A stretch of 64,000 bases of DNA. Source: Zootoca vivipara. Taxonomy: Eukaryota. The stretch covers positions 44,144,001 to 44,208,000 of the forward strand of contig NC_083277.1 in NCBI RefSeq assembly GCF_963506605.1, given 5' to 3'. Below are positions 24,171 through 38,480 of this stretch, piece after piece. A program made the position numbers and the translations under genes. Each line of letters begins with the position of its first letter. Positions within the stretch are counted from its first letter, which is position 1. The notes beneath the pieces are model-generated. The model did not search any database. It was not told the DNA's origin and saw only the letters and a program-made list of their open reading frames with translations.

Positions 24171-26107
24171 CCGCTCCCCCTTTCTTCCTCTGACTGCCTG
24201 CCTGCCCCACCACTGGGGCTGGGCCGCAGTAGTGGCAGCCTCCCTTCCTCCTTGCCCACTCTCCAGCAGCCAATGTGAGTTGCCCAAGGGAGGAGGCTGA
24301 CACCATTGGCATGCTGATAGCAGTACCAGCCTGATGGAACATGTATGAAACCCATAGCAAACATGGGAAAGCACTGAAACTCCTTGTTTTTGGAAGGCTT
24401 TTGGGTAACTGTTACAGGTTTAATCTGGCACGTTGCTGAAACATTAATATTGCTTTTCTCATTGTTATCATGCTTTTATAATTATTTCTATCTCAGTTTT
24501 TCTCTTTCTTTTATCTTGCATTGTTGCTCTCAAGTTGTTGTAAGTAATGCAGGGTGTAAATCAAGTTAATATAAATAATACAGATTGGCTTGAATCCAGA
24601 TAGTTGATGTCCCGGCACTGGGGAACAACCATGGGAGAGGGCTATTATTGCCTGCATGCCATGATCGTTGACTTCCTAAAGTCATCTGCTTGGCCACAGT
24701 GATAGGATGTTGGACGTGATAGGCCTGTGGTTTGATTTCAGCAATGTTCCTGCTTCTGCTTTAAACTTCACTCACAGAATAATCCCATTGCGGGGAAAGG
24801 AGAGGGGATTTTCACCATTTCCCCCCTCTTTTTGGAAAGCTTCCCCAGAGAGTTGGGAACCCTTCCTGAAGAGAGTGGGCTACAGTGGGAAGGTACCTCC
24901 CCTCCCCCCAATCTTCCTGCAGCAGGAACCTCTCCTAGATCTTGTTCCCCTGCATTGATGGAAGAAGCAGAAGTTTAAAAAGGCATGCAACACTGCCAGG
25001 TGTTGCCGGTGGGATAAGGAATTTGTTTAGTTCAAATATCCAAATGACTCAAGCATGTAATAGGGAGATGGGGAGGGAGAGGGGGGAGAGTAACATTTTA
25101 AAAGCAACATGCAAATCCAGTTTGCTAATATCCTTGGCTCTAGACAACATACTTTCTTAGCGAGTGAGCACTTAACAAGGTAAGGCAGAAATATCACGTG
25201 ACAAGTCTAGCCTAGGGAACCCCACCCAGTGTTAGGTTTCATTATTAGAATGGAAGTTAGGCTTCAGCCTTTGGAGCTGCAAAACTCCCTCTCTGCTCCA
25301 TTTATCAGAGTTAAATTCCCAGAGGAAGAATTTAGTTGGCATACGTACAACTCTCCCCCTGGGGATGTGTCTGGGAGCAGCACGGGCTCTCAGTTTAAAT
25401 CTCCACTGGCAGGCTTTTAAGCTTTTTTTATTTAATTTGTTTTTTTTAAAAAAAACTGGTTTCCTGCAATTCTGGTATCATGTGAGCTGCATTTATTTTG
25501 TAGTTGAGCACGATCCTTTACTGAGCCCTGCTGGGCCCTGAATTTGTAAAGCATTTGAAATGTGTTCACTCATAAAAGGGTCCTTGTAAGAGCAAACTCC
25601 CAAGATTAAGATTAAACAAAAGTGTGACTTTCTTTGCTTTCTTATAAGAGAGTAAGAGCTAACCTTTTCCCTCCCTTTCCAAAGAAAGAGCTGCAGACCA
25701 AAGCTATAATTTAAGTTTTTAATCCAGAAATTCTTAGATTATGGTTGGCAATGAAGACCAGTTATTTTGGATTGGAGGTCCATGCCAGCTGGCAGTAACA
25801 ATCTGCCATGCAGTAAAATTTCCAACCCATAATGCAATGGGAAAAAACCCCAACCCTTAACTATGTCACATAAAAGGAGGGGCAGTGGGTGGGGGAATAA
25901 ACCTCAGCTTTCACACAGGGGAAAAAAGGGAAGCAAATAAAGATATACAGCCCTGAAAGAAGCCCCTGGCAATGTAACGTATGAGAAAAATTTCTCATCC
26001 CCCCACCCCCAAATATATGCTTATGTGACAACTAACACAGAACACATCTAAACCTCTGGTTCTCAAAGTGAAAAAGTCTTCTAAAGAGATATAAACAGCT
26101 GTTGGTA

Positions 26108-26177
26108 CCACAGAATTATAGAACTGCAGAGTTGGAAGGGACCCCGAGAGTCATCTAGTCCAACCACCTGCAATGCT
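26108..26177 (-). mobile_element. CR1-type 3' terminal fragment
   Basis: agaattatagaactgcagagttggaagggacc...catctagtccaacc is typical of a CR1 3' end read in reverse. Confidence 0.65.
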
Positions 26178-29100
26178 TGGACAAAGATACAGAAGATTGT
26201 CCTAATACATCAAACCTACCTAATCATAGCAATGCAAGCTGTTGCAAAGTATCTATCAATGCAACTGATAATGAGATCTATTGGAACTTCTCCCACCTCT
26301 CCCATCAATATTTTCAACTTTGGATAACTTTGAAGCAAAGGTAGATCAGAATGTACTGGCTAGACAGAAGATAGCTTCCACTAGATCTCAGACTGATTTA
26401 CAGCATATCAGCAAGGATTCTGACTGTCAACAGCAACACGGATAATAACAATAACAACAACACCCTTCTAAATTAGGCTGCTGAGATAAAGTTTGTTGGG
26501 GTAGGATTTTGTGTGTGACAGGACTATGAGGATATGCTCATAGGCACTCTGTTACTTAATTCTAAGAATACGCTGACACCCCCATTGCTGTTCTGACTCT
26601 CGTTGGTGGATCTTGGGGTTCTAGTAAAAAAAAAAAACCCTAACTAAAAACAGAGCACATCCCACAAGCCTGGAGTCTAAAGGCCCTCAAAGCACCATTG
26701 CCTCTTCTTTCTGAGCTGAGAACCTTTGCTATAGACAGATTATACAGCTGAGGTATCTTTATTTTTACCTTGGCTGTCCTCTCATGCTACTTCTGTGGAG
26801 ATAAAGTCGCTCTTCAGTACAGCTGGAACTTGCTGCTTTTCAAAAGTCTCTCCCCCCCCCAAAAAAATGTGGTAAATTCTACTTTCACAAAGTGAAAAGG
26901 TAGCTGTATGGAATAGCCTGAAGCACTTGGATCTTGTGGTAAAATGCCTTGTGGTAATTTTGTCATATGAAATGGAGAATCTGCCCTCTGTTTTGTATTT
27001 CTGGAGAGCCAAATGGATCAAGCATGACTAAAAGGAGCTTCCTTACTACAAGGCTTTAAGAAGTATTGATCGAAATAAGGGGTAGACAACATGGTGCCAT
27101 CCAGCTACCATTGGACTCCAAAGCCCATCAGCCTCGGCCAGCATAACCAGGGATGATAGGAGCTAAATAAAATTTGGAGGGTACCACATTGGCTACCCCT
27201 GGTCTAAATTAATGACAGCGAAAATAGTGCACAGATCTTTATGTACCTATAAAGGCTGGGTAAACAATACCTTCAGATCAGATCAACCACATACAAGCAG
27301 ATTAGTAGTGTGACGTGTACTTGATTCTTTCCACGGCAAACCCTCTTAATTTAGGATTTAATTTGCATTCTTAAGACCTTATCATTCAGGATTATGTAAA
27401 AATGACAGCTGCTTATAATTATATCTCCTTAGAGTGGAAATAATTTAAACCATCTGCCATCATTTCAACATTACCAGACTTAAAACTCGGTGAGCTTGTT
27501 TCTACCTAATGTCAAAGTTGAAAGTAAAGAAGCAAAGTGAACTGCAAGTATATTACTACCAAATTTCTTGCATTTCATTTGTATGTGCAACTGGTTTTTC
27601 CAGCAAAGCATTCAAACTGTTAATTATCTTTTTAATATATGTAATTTAGGATTGCTAATTAGATAGCAATTTAATGCCCTCACAGGGATTCAGATGCTCT
27701 TTCTTTTTTAACATGTAAACTCCGACAGGAATAATTGTTGACATTAAAGTAATTGAACTCTTCAGTTATTTAAATGAACACAAGGCATTTACACTGTTCA
27801 AATCATTTAAATATTCCACTGTCAGCTACAGCTGTAGAGTTTTATGGAGTCTCTCAAAAAGCAAGGGTAAGTGTAGGTTATCTTAGTTTTCAGGCAGGAC
27901 TCCCCAGAGAGAAATGAGATTTGCTGCTTATGAAAGGCTAACACCGTTTAAGTGGGGCATTAATGTTTCCTCTGAGACTTGGATTTCTCTGTTTTTCTAT
28001 ATTAGGAGAAACAAATTTTCCCAGAATTTACAGCTATGAAAGCCTTAATACTGGTTTAGCAATCTTTAAATACACCGGGTCTTTTTTTGCTACATACAAT
28101 GCATTGTGGCTGTTAATGTTTAATTTAAACTCAGCAACTTGCTCTGGGTACGAAACTGCCATCGTATTTAGGGGAAGGTTTTTTATCTTTCATTCCTATA
28201 TATACACACCTTCCTTTACCAAAGGCAATGATGAAAACAATTGTATAAGGGCAGTTATGATTTTGTGAATATTTATCACGTTAACTACCTTTTGAAAGAA
28301 GAACAAATAGGATTTTGTAGAATACAGGATTACTACAAAAATGAAACCAACACTGCCATCACATCTGAACTAATGTTGGGAATTTGTGTTCTTATTACGT
28401 ACATGAGTTGCAGTTTGCCTGTTAAGTAAAGGAAAGTTTCATTTGCACTGAGCTATCCTACATGACTAGGAATAAGTGTAAGATCACATGGCCAACTGCG
28501 CCTGCAAAGAAACAGCAGAGTTAAACCATCACATGTGTGTGGTCGTAAGAATAGGAGATGGAAGAGGAGTGGAACTAGAAGCAAACTGCATGATTATTTT
28601 CATGCAGGGCAAATGCAGAGAGCTCAGTGCAAATTGTACCTGACCTGGCTACACTGTTAATACGGAGATCTTCCTTGATGGAAAATACATATTGTTAAAT
28701 GAGATAATATACTGGTGTTGGTGGCCTGTATGCAGTGCTAGCGTGGAATAAGTGGGCCTAATGTTTGAAAAAATAAGAAACTCCATCTATGGCGATGAGC
28801 TGATATCCTTTCATGAATTATATGCTTCTGGGTTAGAGTGCTCCTAGTGGCAGTTTTGCTCATTGAAATTACAGGGTTTTGGCATGGGCGCAAAGGTTGG
28901 TGGGCACCATGAAATGTTATGATAAATTTATGAAAGAGGGTCCTGACAAGGAGTCAGTGGTCTTAACAAATGTGGGCACCAGTGTCAATGGAAAACGGAA
29001 TATACCTTTGAATCCCAGGTGCTGGAGACAAGTGGCAGCAGGGGGCCACTTTCCTCTTGTCTTTGTATGATCTATTATACAAGCTCTTAACAACGCATGG

Positions 29101-29367
29101 AAAATCTGGTGTGTGGTTTGAATCTCTATTTCAATTTTTTTTAAAAAACAAACCATTTATTGGGGGGTGGGGGGAATAAAACCCTGTGGCAGGTTCTCAA
29201 TGTCTTTTTCTATGGTTTGATAACATAATGCTAACATTATATTCCTAAATTAAATTGTGTCTAATCCATGATGCTTCTCAATTGAGCATTGGTGCCTATA
29301 AACAAAACAAAGTACAACAGCTGATGAGGTTCTTTTCAGAAAATGAAAGTTCAACAGCCTGCTGTAA

Positions 29368-30060
29368 AATAATAACAAATAATTTTATTATTTATACCCC
29401 GCCCACTCTGGGCAGCTTAAAGCATATCTAAAAACATAATAAAAACATCAAGCGTTAAAAACCTCCCAATACATAGCTGCCTTCAGATGTCTTCTAAAAT
29501 TATCTCTTTGACATCTGAAGGGAGGGTGTCACTACCTAGAAGGCCCTCCGCCTGGTTCCCTGTTGCTTTGCTTCTCACATTGAGGGAACCAGCAGAAGAC
29601 CCTTGGAGGAGGACCTCAGTGTCCAGGCTGAGTGATGGGGGCCGAGACCGTTTAGGGCTTTGAAGATCAGCACCAACACTTTGAATTGTGCTCAGAAACG
29701 TACTGGGAGCCAGTGAAGATCCTTTAGGGCCAGTGTTATATGGTCCCAATGGTCACTCCCAGCCACCAGTCTAGCTGCCGCATTCTAGATTAGTTGTAGT
29801 TTCCGAATCACTTTCAAAGGCAGCCCCACATAGAGTGCATTGCAGTAGTCCAAGCGGGAGATAACCAGGGCGTGCACAACTTGGGTGAAACAGTCTGTGG
29901 GCAGGTAGAGTCTAAGCCGGCGTACCAGATGGGAGTTGGTAGCCAGCTGCCCTGGACACAGAATTGACCTGCGCTTCCATGGACAGCTGTGGGTCCCAAA
30001 TGACTCCCAGGCTGCGCACCTGGTCTTTCAGGGGCACAGTTATCCTGTTCAGGACCAGGG
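29368..30060 (-). mobile_element. L2 LINE 3' portion with small deletions (same family as 23291-24170, inverted)
   Basis: ORF 29912..30094(-) DSLVLNRITVPLKDQVRSLGVIWDPQLSMEAQVNSVS closely matches the 23294 ORF. Confidence 0.92.
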
Positions 30061-32140
30061 AGTCTCCCCCTGCACCCCCCCCCCGGCAAACCAAATTATT
30101 AAACTGAAATGTGTTACTTTATTATCCCCTCCAGCAGCACCTTAGAGACCAACTAAGTTTGTCATCAATACCTTTGATACATTTAAGGAGGCATGGAGAA
30201 CACACACCTCTTTGCTCTTGGACAATAATAGTACTGGAGTCATGGATCGGAGTTAACATCTATATACGAGTTGATTTTTAGTAAAAAGCAGTTTACAGAA
30301 ATAGTTCAAAATCCTAAACACTCAATCATAATCACATTTACTTGGGAGCAAGTTCAAATGATTTCCAAAGAATGACTTGTGAATTTTCCTTGCTACACTC
30401 TTGGAGCAGTTTTCGCCTGCGCAAGGGCTTCCACTTACGTAAAATGGCTTCCCTCTCTTCCGATGCACAACCAAAATTGGGTCCAATATTTACTATTCTG
30501 TTCCATTTTACTAGCCCCACTGGGAGGGTGACAGGTCCCTCAACCCTAAAGTAGCGGATCAACTGCTTTTTCAAGACCAACGTCTTAATGCGGTATCAAC
30601 ATGAAATTGGCTACGACTCAGAACTGGAAGCATTTACACATGCTATTAAACTTTATTAGAGCGAATAGTCCCACAGAAATAAGTTTAAAGCTGTATGAGT
30701 CCAATAAGCAAACTGAGAAACCTACACCTCAACTGAAACCAGATTTTACTGAAAAGGCGCACTGATTTCAATAGTTATGAGAGCCAAAATTCCATATTAA
30801 GAGGCGGTAAACTTTTAATTGCCTCTGATTTATACTAGCACACTATTTGGACCAGAATACATCTGAATTAAGTCCCATTTGTTTCATTTGGATTTATTTC
30901 TCAGTCCATAGAAAAATTTTGACAGTATGAGGAGAATCATCCTGAATATAGTTGGCATTTTAATTTAAAACACTTCCAATGTTATTTATACAGTATGGGC
31001 CTAATTTTGTCCCACTTGCAATGTTCATGCTGATACATGGTGGCTGAAAAATTTATAACCGAGGGAGAAAGATTGTGTACATAAACTTGGCTTTGGAGCT
31101 GGCATCATTGCATCTACCACAACAAGGCACTTTACATGGAACATAGGTTAAAGAATGGTTAGAAGGGTCCTTTGGATGAAAACAAGGGAGCTCAATTATT
31201 GATGAGGAGCTTTGGATGGTCCAAGCATAGAACACAGGGCAGCTTGCCAGGTAGCTTGTGAGAACCACTGAAAATCTGAGTGTATGTGTGCTCACACTGA
31301 AAGCCCAAATGGTGTAGGCTTTTAAGGGTGCAGTCCTAACCGGAGCAAGAGTGTGCAGTGGCAGATTCCTTGCTGTTGGCTCCTGCTGGCTGAGGCAGAA
31401 GGCGAGGGAAGAGATGCTGTACCTATTTTGCTGGGCCAGCTTCAGGCTGCTGCAGCACAGGGGTCCAAAACTAGGCTCCTCTCCAGGAACTGTGTTTGCT
31501 TTGATCCATTGCCAGCCCAGCTCTGCCTTCTCTTCCCCAAATCACCCCGAGGACCTACTGCTGGTTTCTGCTGCTTCAAATACCACCTTTGGCAAGGGCC
31601 TCTGCAATGGTGCAGCCCACTGCTGGTGAAGCCTGTCAGGAGGGCACCTCCTAACCATAGCGAGCAGCACAAACTGGGATTATTCTGCCAAAATTCTAAA
31701 TTGATTGGGTCTCTCAAAGCAGTTACTCCCTTATAAGCCTTCATTCATCCCAATTTTTTTCATCACTTGGGGGAGAGGAACTAGGGGGGGATGCCAATGC
31801 TCTTCAAAGTTTTAGGAAGAGTCTGGACAATTTTAGAGGTGTAAATGAAGTGACTGAGTGACATTCACTCACTAAAAAGAAAAACTAAGTTAATGATTGA
31901 AGTGGCTGGACTCAGCATGTGAGAATGTCCCTGTGAATGATACTATGTCAGGATGTAGGGTAACAAAATACATTATTTGAATTGTTCCTTTTATTTCACT
32001 GGGAAATAATTATTTGTAAAGGGCTTGGGACTCTCTCTCTCTCTCTCTGTGTGTATGGGGTGCCCACCTAAGAATGTATTTTTTTTACAAATATATATGT
32101 GTGTTATATCTGTAATTTTTTACAAATATGTGTATGTATA

Positions 32141-32197
<57 letters not shown>
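32141..32197. repeat. (TG)n(TA)n microsatellite
   Basis: Direct reading. Confidence 0.95.
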
Positions 32198-32201
<4 letters not shown>

Positions 32202-32701
32202 ACTTTATGTTTTTAAGACACAAGATGAGAACAAATGGAATTAATTTGAAGATGTTTCCTGTGCTCTGTATTACACAGTATTACTATATATTCTAATCTG
32301 TAATACAAGAGGAGTCATTACTATTGTGTTTTGAATTGTGGCTGGTGTTTTTCCATTTTTGTCTCTCTGACGCCTACTAGCTTTCCCGTTGTGGAAGATT
32401 TTATATATATATATATATATATCACTGTGCGTTTTAAGTATATGCATTTTTTCAAGGCTGCTTCTTTGGACCGTAGAAACATTTCCTGTTAATATTTCCA
32501 TACTGCAGCCAAACAGAGCTTTCAAATGTAGCAGAAAGTGAAACATATAGAGTTTCTGTTTCCTTGTTGCCATATATGATTTTATGCCAGTGGGGCTTTG
32601 TTTCTGCATTTTAATAATACTGTGTTTTGCAGTAAGGAGAAACACATTCAATACAAGTCTTAACTTTCACTTTTTACATAAACACAACATATTCAAAACA
32701 T

Positions 32702-32705
<4 letters not shown>

Positions 32706-32754
<49 letters not shown>
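32706..32754. repeat. (AT)n microsatellite
   Basis: Direct reading. Confidence 0.95.
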
Positions 32755-32756
<2 letters not shown>

Positions 32757-35746
32757 GGCTCTGCCTGCTCAGATTCCAGTGAAGGCTATGTCAATGGTTG
32801 ATTATACATGGCAGTGCTATGCTGCCATCTAATGTCTGATCTTACATACTGTAGTTCATCACCAGCACAAGTATCTATAAGGAAAGCTACTCAGATGATT
32901 TGAGTTACACTCACCTTTGTTTATCCACAGGGTTTGGAAGATACTGTGGCTAATTTAAACTTACTGCACTCCTCTGACCGTCAACACTAGCTTTTTTCTT
33001 GAAGACTTGATCAAGAGAATGTCAACTTAATTGACAATGATCACAATTAAAAGTGTTATTTATGTCAGGAATGCTGAACCTGTAGCCCTCCAGATTGCTG
33101 TTGGGTTCCAACTCCTATCAGCCCCAAACGGCACGAATGATGGGAGTTGTAGTCCAACAACCTACGGAAGGTCACAGCTTCCCCCTTTCTGATTTGTGTA
33201 AACCTGGCAGGGAACAGAATCTCAACAAGATGATTCAGTTATGAAGTTCAAGTCCGCAAACATATCAATCAAAATATGGCTGAAATGAAGAATTGCTAGA
33301 CAGCTTTAACTTGACTTTTTGTAGAATACACTTACTTCATATGTTAGCCAATTTTTCTAGTCCCCTCCAAAGGGGAATGTATTTCACAATACCTCCTCCT
33401 ACTGCCTGGCTAATGAATCATTTTAAAAAATCTTCATAGTCCTAATCACTTATATGACCTGAGAGCAAATTTCCTTCATACACATAATGACTTCTGGCCC
33501 ATTCGCATTTGCAATTTTCCCACCGTAACAAACCATTCCAATAATCACTGCACCACTAAAAATAAATAAAACATCAAATGGGAATTTTCTCTCATTAGTT
33601 ACTACTGGTTATTAGTTGATCATTTGAATTCATTGCAATTAAGTTGCTCTTCATCCCACAAGCACCTCTGACCTGCACAGCATACACAAGCTAACCAGGA
33701 TATATGTTCATATCCTTCAAATAAATGAGAAAATGGAGATGGCTTTTAAGTTCCTTCTACTGCTGTGCTGATATGAAACAATGCTGAAGGATCCAGATTT
33801 TTTTTTTAAAAAAAAAAAAATCAGTACTCCCAAAACCCACGGAATGCATATAATGTAGTGAGCTCCCTGGTCTCATGGGTTTTATTTATCTGTGCACTTA
33901 CCATTGGAATGATTGTGTATGGTAATGAGCCAGAGATGTGCAGTGATGTGAGGAAGGGAAACATCCACTTTTTCCCCATTAAAAAAAAACTGCTGTCATG
34001 AACAAAAACAAGGAAGGGAGATTACATCATTTGCCAATCTGTCTTGTATCATTTATTGTTGCTGGAATTCATTCCACATTTCCCTCTTAAACAAGGAATG
34101 CATGAGATCTAGTGTATGGAACCCATAATTAAAGAGAGGAAGAAGAAAAGGTAAGCGCCCTTGTGTTACTTTTAAGTTTCACAGAGTAGGAAGGTATCTG
34201 CCTTGCAGGACCTACTTTGTACTAGGATCCTGAGATCCATCAACTGGATTAAAGGATTCTGAAAGCTCAGGAACTTGTTTTGAATACTATCTGAACAGAT
34301 CTGAGTTATCAATGCATATCCTCCTGGATCCCAGTTCTACAATTAGTATGTGCATTTTGTGTGGTCATAGATTCCTTGCAGAAACAGGATACCCATTCAT
34401 TTAAATGGAACAGTACCGCTGAGCAAAATAAGGGGGGTGCACATAAAGGAGTTTATGTGTTTACTAATGGTCCACACCGGTGCAGGGGGCCTGATCTAGA
34501 CTGAGACCACAGCAGGGACACCCCTGACCAGGATCCTGCTCCCGATTTGCTCTGCTCATGCCTGCAATGCACTTTGAGAAGCCATTCACATAATTACTAA
34601 TAGCATAGCTAGCATCACATCTGCTGCTACCCCCAGCTTTACGCTGCTGCTCCCATCCCAAAATACTAAGCAGTTTGTATAGGTAGGGTGATTTGTCTAT
34701 GTCCCTTAAAACAGTTTATACCAAAATAATAATAATTTCACTGCCTTTTTGCACTGTTAAAACAAAACCTCTTAGGGGTGGAAGGAGGAACAGCCAGGAA
34801 AATGTTGGTGTTCTGACAATTTCATTTCATCTTCTCATCAAAACCACTCAAATGTAAATATTAACCAAGTGTAATGCCTAATCCAAACGTTAGAGGGATA
34901 AATGTTTTTGCAAGCTCCAATTATGACTCTATCAATCCTTCTGTACAATAATCCTGATTTTGTTTGATATGCAAATACCCCTCTGAGATATATTGCTGCT
35001 TTCTGCTTATATGTTGTTGAATTCTGATAATTACATTAAGTGCCTACCTGAGAAATGACATCCATAATATATTATAATGAATTCACTAATGCCACTCCTT
35101 TAGTTAGATTCAATGGTGATGAAACTGCTAAAGTGTTCCTATAAAACCAAAAAAATGAAGCTACAGCCTATGCTACCATTCAATAAACTTTTATTTAACA
35201 GACACATCAAACTTCTTTCTGACTTTGGTTAATTAAAAGAAGGCAAAAAGGGTAATGGAAATGAATTTTCACTTTTTTTAAAAAAAGAGTAATTGGGAGA
35301 ATAATCCTTCAAGTGAAGATAAAAAAGAGAAGGAGCTTGCATACAATATCCACACAGTTTTAGAAATTTGAGTCCACTTAAACATGACAAATAGGGGCTA
35401 TTACTTAGGAACACAGAATTCCACTTTAATGTAAGTGTACATAATTGCAGCAATTTATGGCTTTACCTTGCACTTACAGGGGTTTGGGTCTCTCACCATA
35501 CAACCTGTGCATTTCTATATCACCAAAAGGCTTATGTTATTATTTGCATTGGATCTTCTAGGGAAAAAAAAGTCTGCAATATTTTTATTTAAATAGTAGC
35601 CTTTTTAGTAGTCGTCCTTGTGAACCATTATACTTTATACTCTTTAATTATACTCTTTAATTCTGTGTGCTGTATCTTAAGAAGAAGAAGAAAAACATCT
35701 TTATCTCGGGATGTATAAAATCAGTCAACATATTTTTTTATCTTAC

Positions 35747-35821
35747 CAGAGGCCTGAGTTCTGGATGAGTCAGAATGTATCCATTGTTCGTGATTGCGAA
35801 TGCATATCCATGAATACCTAA
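35747..35821 (-). CDS. CACNA2D3: CACNA2D3 exon (~17), 75 nt: [25 protein letters not shown] (Cache domain)
   Basis: cttacag|TTAGGTA...GCCTCTG|gtaaga; [16 protein letters not shown] Cache-domain motif. Confidence 0.97.
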
Positions 35822-36221
35822 CTGTAAGGATATAGGAAAGAAAAGAACCTGAATAAATAGGGCCTACAGAGCAGGTAAACATAAACCATCAGGAAGTTCT
35901 CTGACACAAGACCCATCTAAAAAATGTGAACTGGACAGAAATACATTTCAGTAGTGGGTTTTCAGGAGAATTTCCTGGTGCATTGTGCCTTGACACCTCA
36001 AACCTGGCAATTATAAGCCTTTAGCAACAAAGCATTTCACTCAAATTCAAGTGAAGTCCCTTTTCTTTAACATGTAGTAAAATAAAAAAAATCCCTATAG
36101 CTGTGGGGACCTCAGTATATTAGGGGTGGGGAGCTCTGGCCTCCCCCTTCCTGGGGGTGTCACATAACAATGATGGGTGGGGCTAGAAGCAAAAGATAAA
36201 ATGCAAATTCTACTACTACTA

Positions 36222-36471
36222 CAGTGGTACCTCGGAAGTTGAACGGAATCCATTCTGGAAGTCCGTTCGACTTCCAAAACGTTTGGAAACCAAGGCGCGG
36301 CTTCCAATTGGCTGCAGGAAGCTCCGGCAGTCCACTGGAAGCCGCGGAAGCCGCATCGGATGTTTGGGTTCCAAAGAATGTTCGCAAACCAGAACACTCA
36401 CTTTCCGGTTTGCAGCATTCAGGAGCCAAAACGTTCGACTCACAAGGCCTTCGGGATCCAAGGTACAACTG
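36222..36471. mobile_element. Tc1/mariner-pogo MITE inserted in a (TAC)n tract
   Basis: cagtggtacctcgga...tccaaggtacaactg; TA TSD; palindromic interior. Confidence 0.85.
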
Positions 36472-36827
36472 TACTACTACTATTTTTATTACTGAATTTG
36501 TATACTGCCTTTCATCCACAGATCTCAGGGTGGTTTTTTCTACACACATTTCCACAACCCGCTCTATCTGCCATCCAGGCAGCACCAGAGTTCAAGGACA
36601 CTCAGGGAGGATGCAAAGAGGGGCTGGTGAAGTGTGTGACATGGGGACAATCTGAAGGGCCAGACAGAGAGGCTTGGAGGACTGAATTTGGCTCCCAGGC
36701 CTGAGGTTCCACATCCCTGCAGTAAACAACAGAGCTACAATATTCACCTCATTGCATGCATGCATCTTCTCTCACTCTCTTCTATATTTTAGGGGAAATA
36801 AACAGATATATACACATCAATCTAGCA

Positions 36828-36963
36828 CAGGCACCCCCAAACTTTGGCCCTCCAGATGTTTTGGACTACAATTCCCATCTTCCCCGACCACTGGTCCTGT
36901 TAGCTAGGGATCATGGGAGTTGTAGGCCAAAACATCTGGAGGGCCGCAGTTTGGGGATGCCTG
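36828..36963. mobile_element. 136-bp hAT MITE
   Basis: Same family as 4733-4868; TSD atctagca / atctaaca. Confidence 0.92.
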
Positions 36964-38452
36964 ATCTAACACATTTAGTGTTGCCAGTAGTGGCTGTGGG
37001 ATGCCTTCCGGAGGACCTTGGGCACAGTGGGGTTCTTGGCCCCTCCCTTTCCTCCTCTAGCCACACCTCTCTCTCTCTTGGCCCCATCCCTTCAAACTAA
37101 AACACATATTGATCAGCATGGCAACCCACTATTGTCAAATGTTAGTATTTCACTCGTTGCCTTTATTTATTTATTTAGCCAGCAGTATAACTTGGAGTTC
37201 ACCTAATCCACTACCCTATACACACTCGTCTGGGAGTAAGTCCTACTGAACTTACATGTGGGGCTAATTCACATATGATGGATTAGGTAAAAGGTAAAGG
37301 TAAAATTATTATATGATGGATTTCCCTGTCACAAGTAGACACCTATCACTTATAGAATCCCATGCCAGGAAAAAGTGCAAGAAGATGCTTAAGAAGGCTC
37401 CAAATCTCCACGGCTATCCTTAGAATATATGGAAGCAAGTCTTGTTTATTTTAGCTTCTGTGGTTCCTTTGGACGAGAAAGCCCCCCAAATACAGTATTC
37501 CCAGAAACTGTCACAGCTGTCACTGACAGAGCTTATGACTGAGCTCAATGTGAAATCTCAATTGTTGTGCTTTGTGAGAAATCCAGCTGTCCTGCCGAAT
37601 TAAAATGAGGGGAGGAGTTTCAAATATGCCTGCTCAGGGCTCCTCAGATTTTTAAATTAAAATATCCTGGATTGGGCTATGATGTTTACCATTTACACCC
37701 CAGGGTTTTGGCAGGGCACAAGTTACCCCTTGCCCAGTTCTACTGGTAGCAGAACTTTGGCTTTACAGAAGGGAAGAGAAAAATGAAGCGTCCCTGCTTC
37801 CTTTACTCCAAAGTTAACTGAGCAATATGATTTATCAGAAAGGAGGAACCTAAAACATAATTAGCAGAATGTAAGTGCAGAAGATGTGCTGCTCTTTATT
37901 TTCCATGCAAAATGGGAGTTTTTTTTTTAAATAAAAAAACAACAATGGAGATAAGGAAAAACCTTGATTTGGTTTAAACCACTTCAATACTGAAAGACAA
38001 CAGGAGACTATGGCAAATGGACCTAGGCACCTTACTGTCTGTGATCAAGAGAGTAAAAAATAAATAAAATAGACAGACATAATACTATATGCATAAAAAG
38101 GGGCTATTTCTAATTCAGACGCTCATACAATTTCCACTTTCAAACCTCAGAGATATATTGGAAGTAATCTGAGAGCAATGTAGTGTTGTATTAGGCCTGA
38201 AAGTACATGCATAATCAAATTTAGCACTGCACTTATTCCAATAGCAATCCTACCCCTTTTGACAATGCTTCTGTTACACAGCTGACTGCCCTCATTGATT
38301 GCAATAAATGTATCTTCAAATCACTGATGTCTAGTCATTAAAATGTCCCCTAGTGGAAAAAACCCGCTGCTGATAGCTTTGGCAGATGTTCTGTACAACA
38401 CAGCTTTACCGCTGGGAAGGCAGATCAAATACGGAAATAGTTTTAAACCTGC

Positions 38453-38480
38453 TGTGTGTGTGTGTGTGTGTGTGTGTGTG
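38453..38480. repeat. (TG)n microsatellite
   Basis: Direct reading. Confidence 0.95.

Noticed and set aside
30338-30580. 80-aa ORF ending at a GT donor-like site
   Set aside because: No recognisable homology or clear acceptor; alpha2delta-3 is continuous from exon 17 to 18 without it
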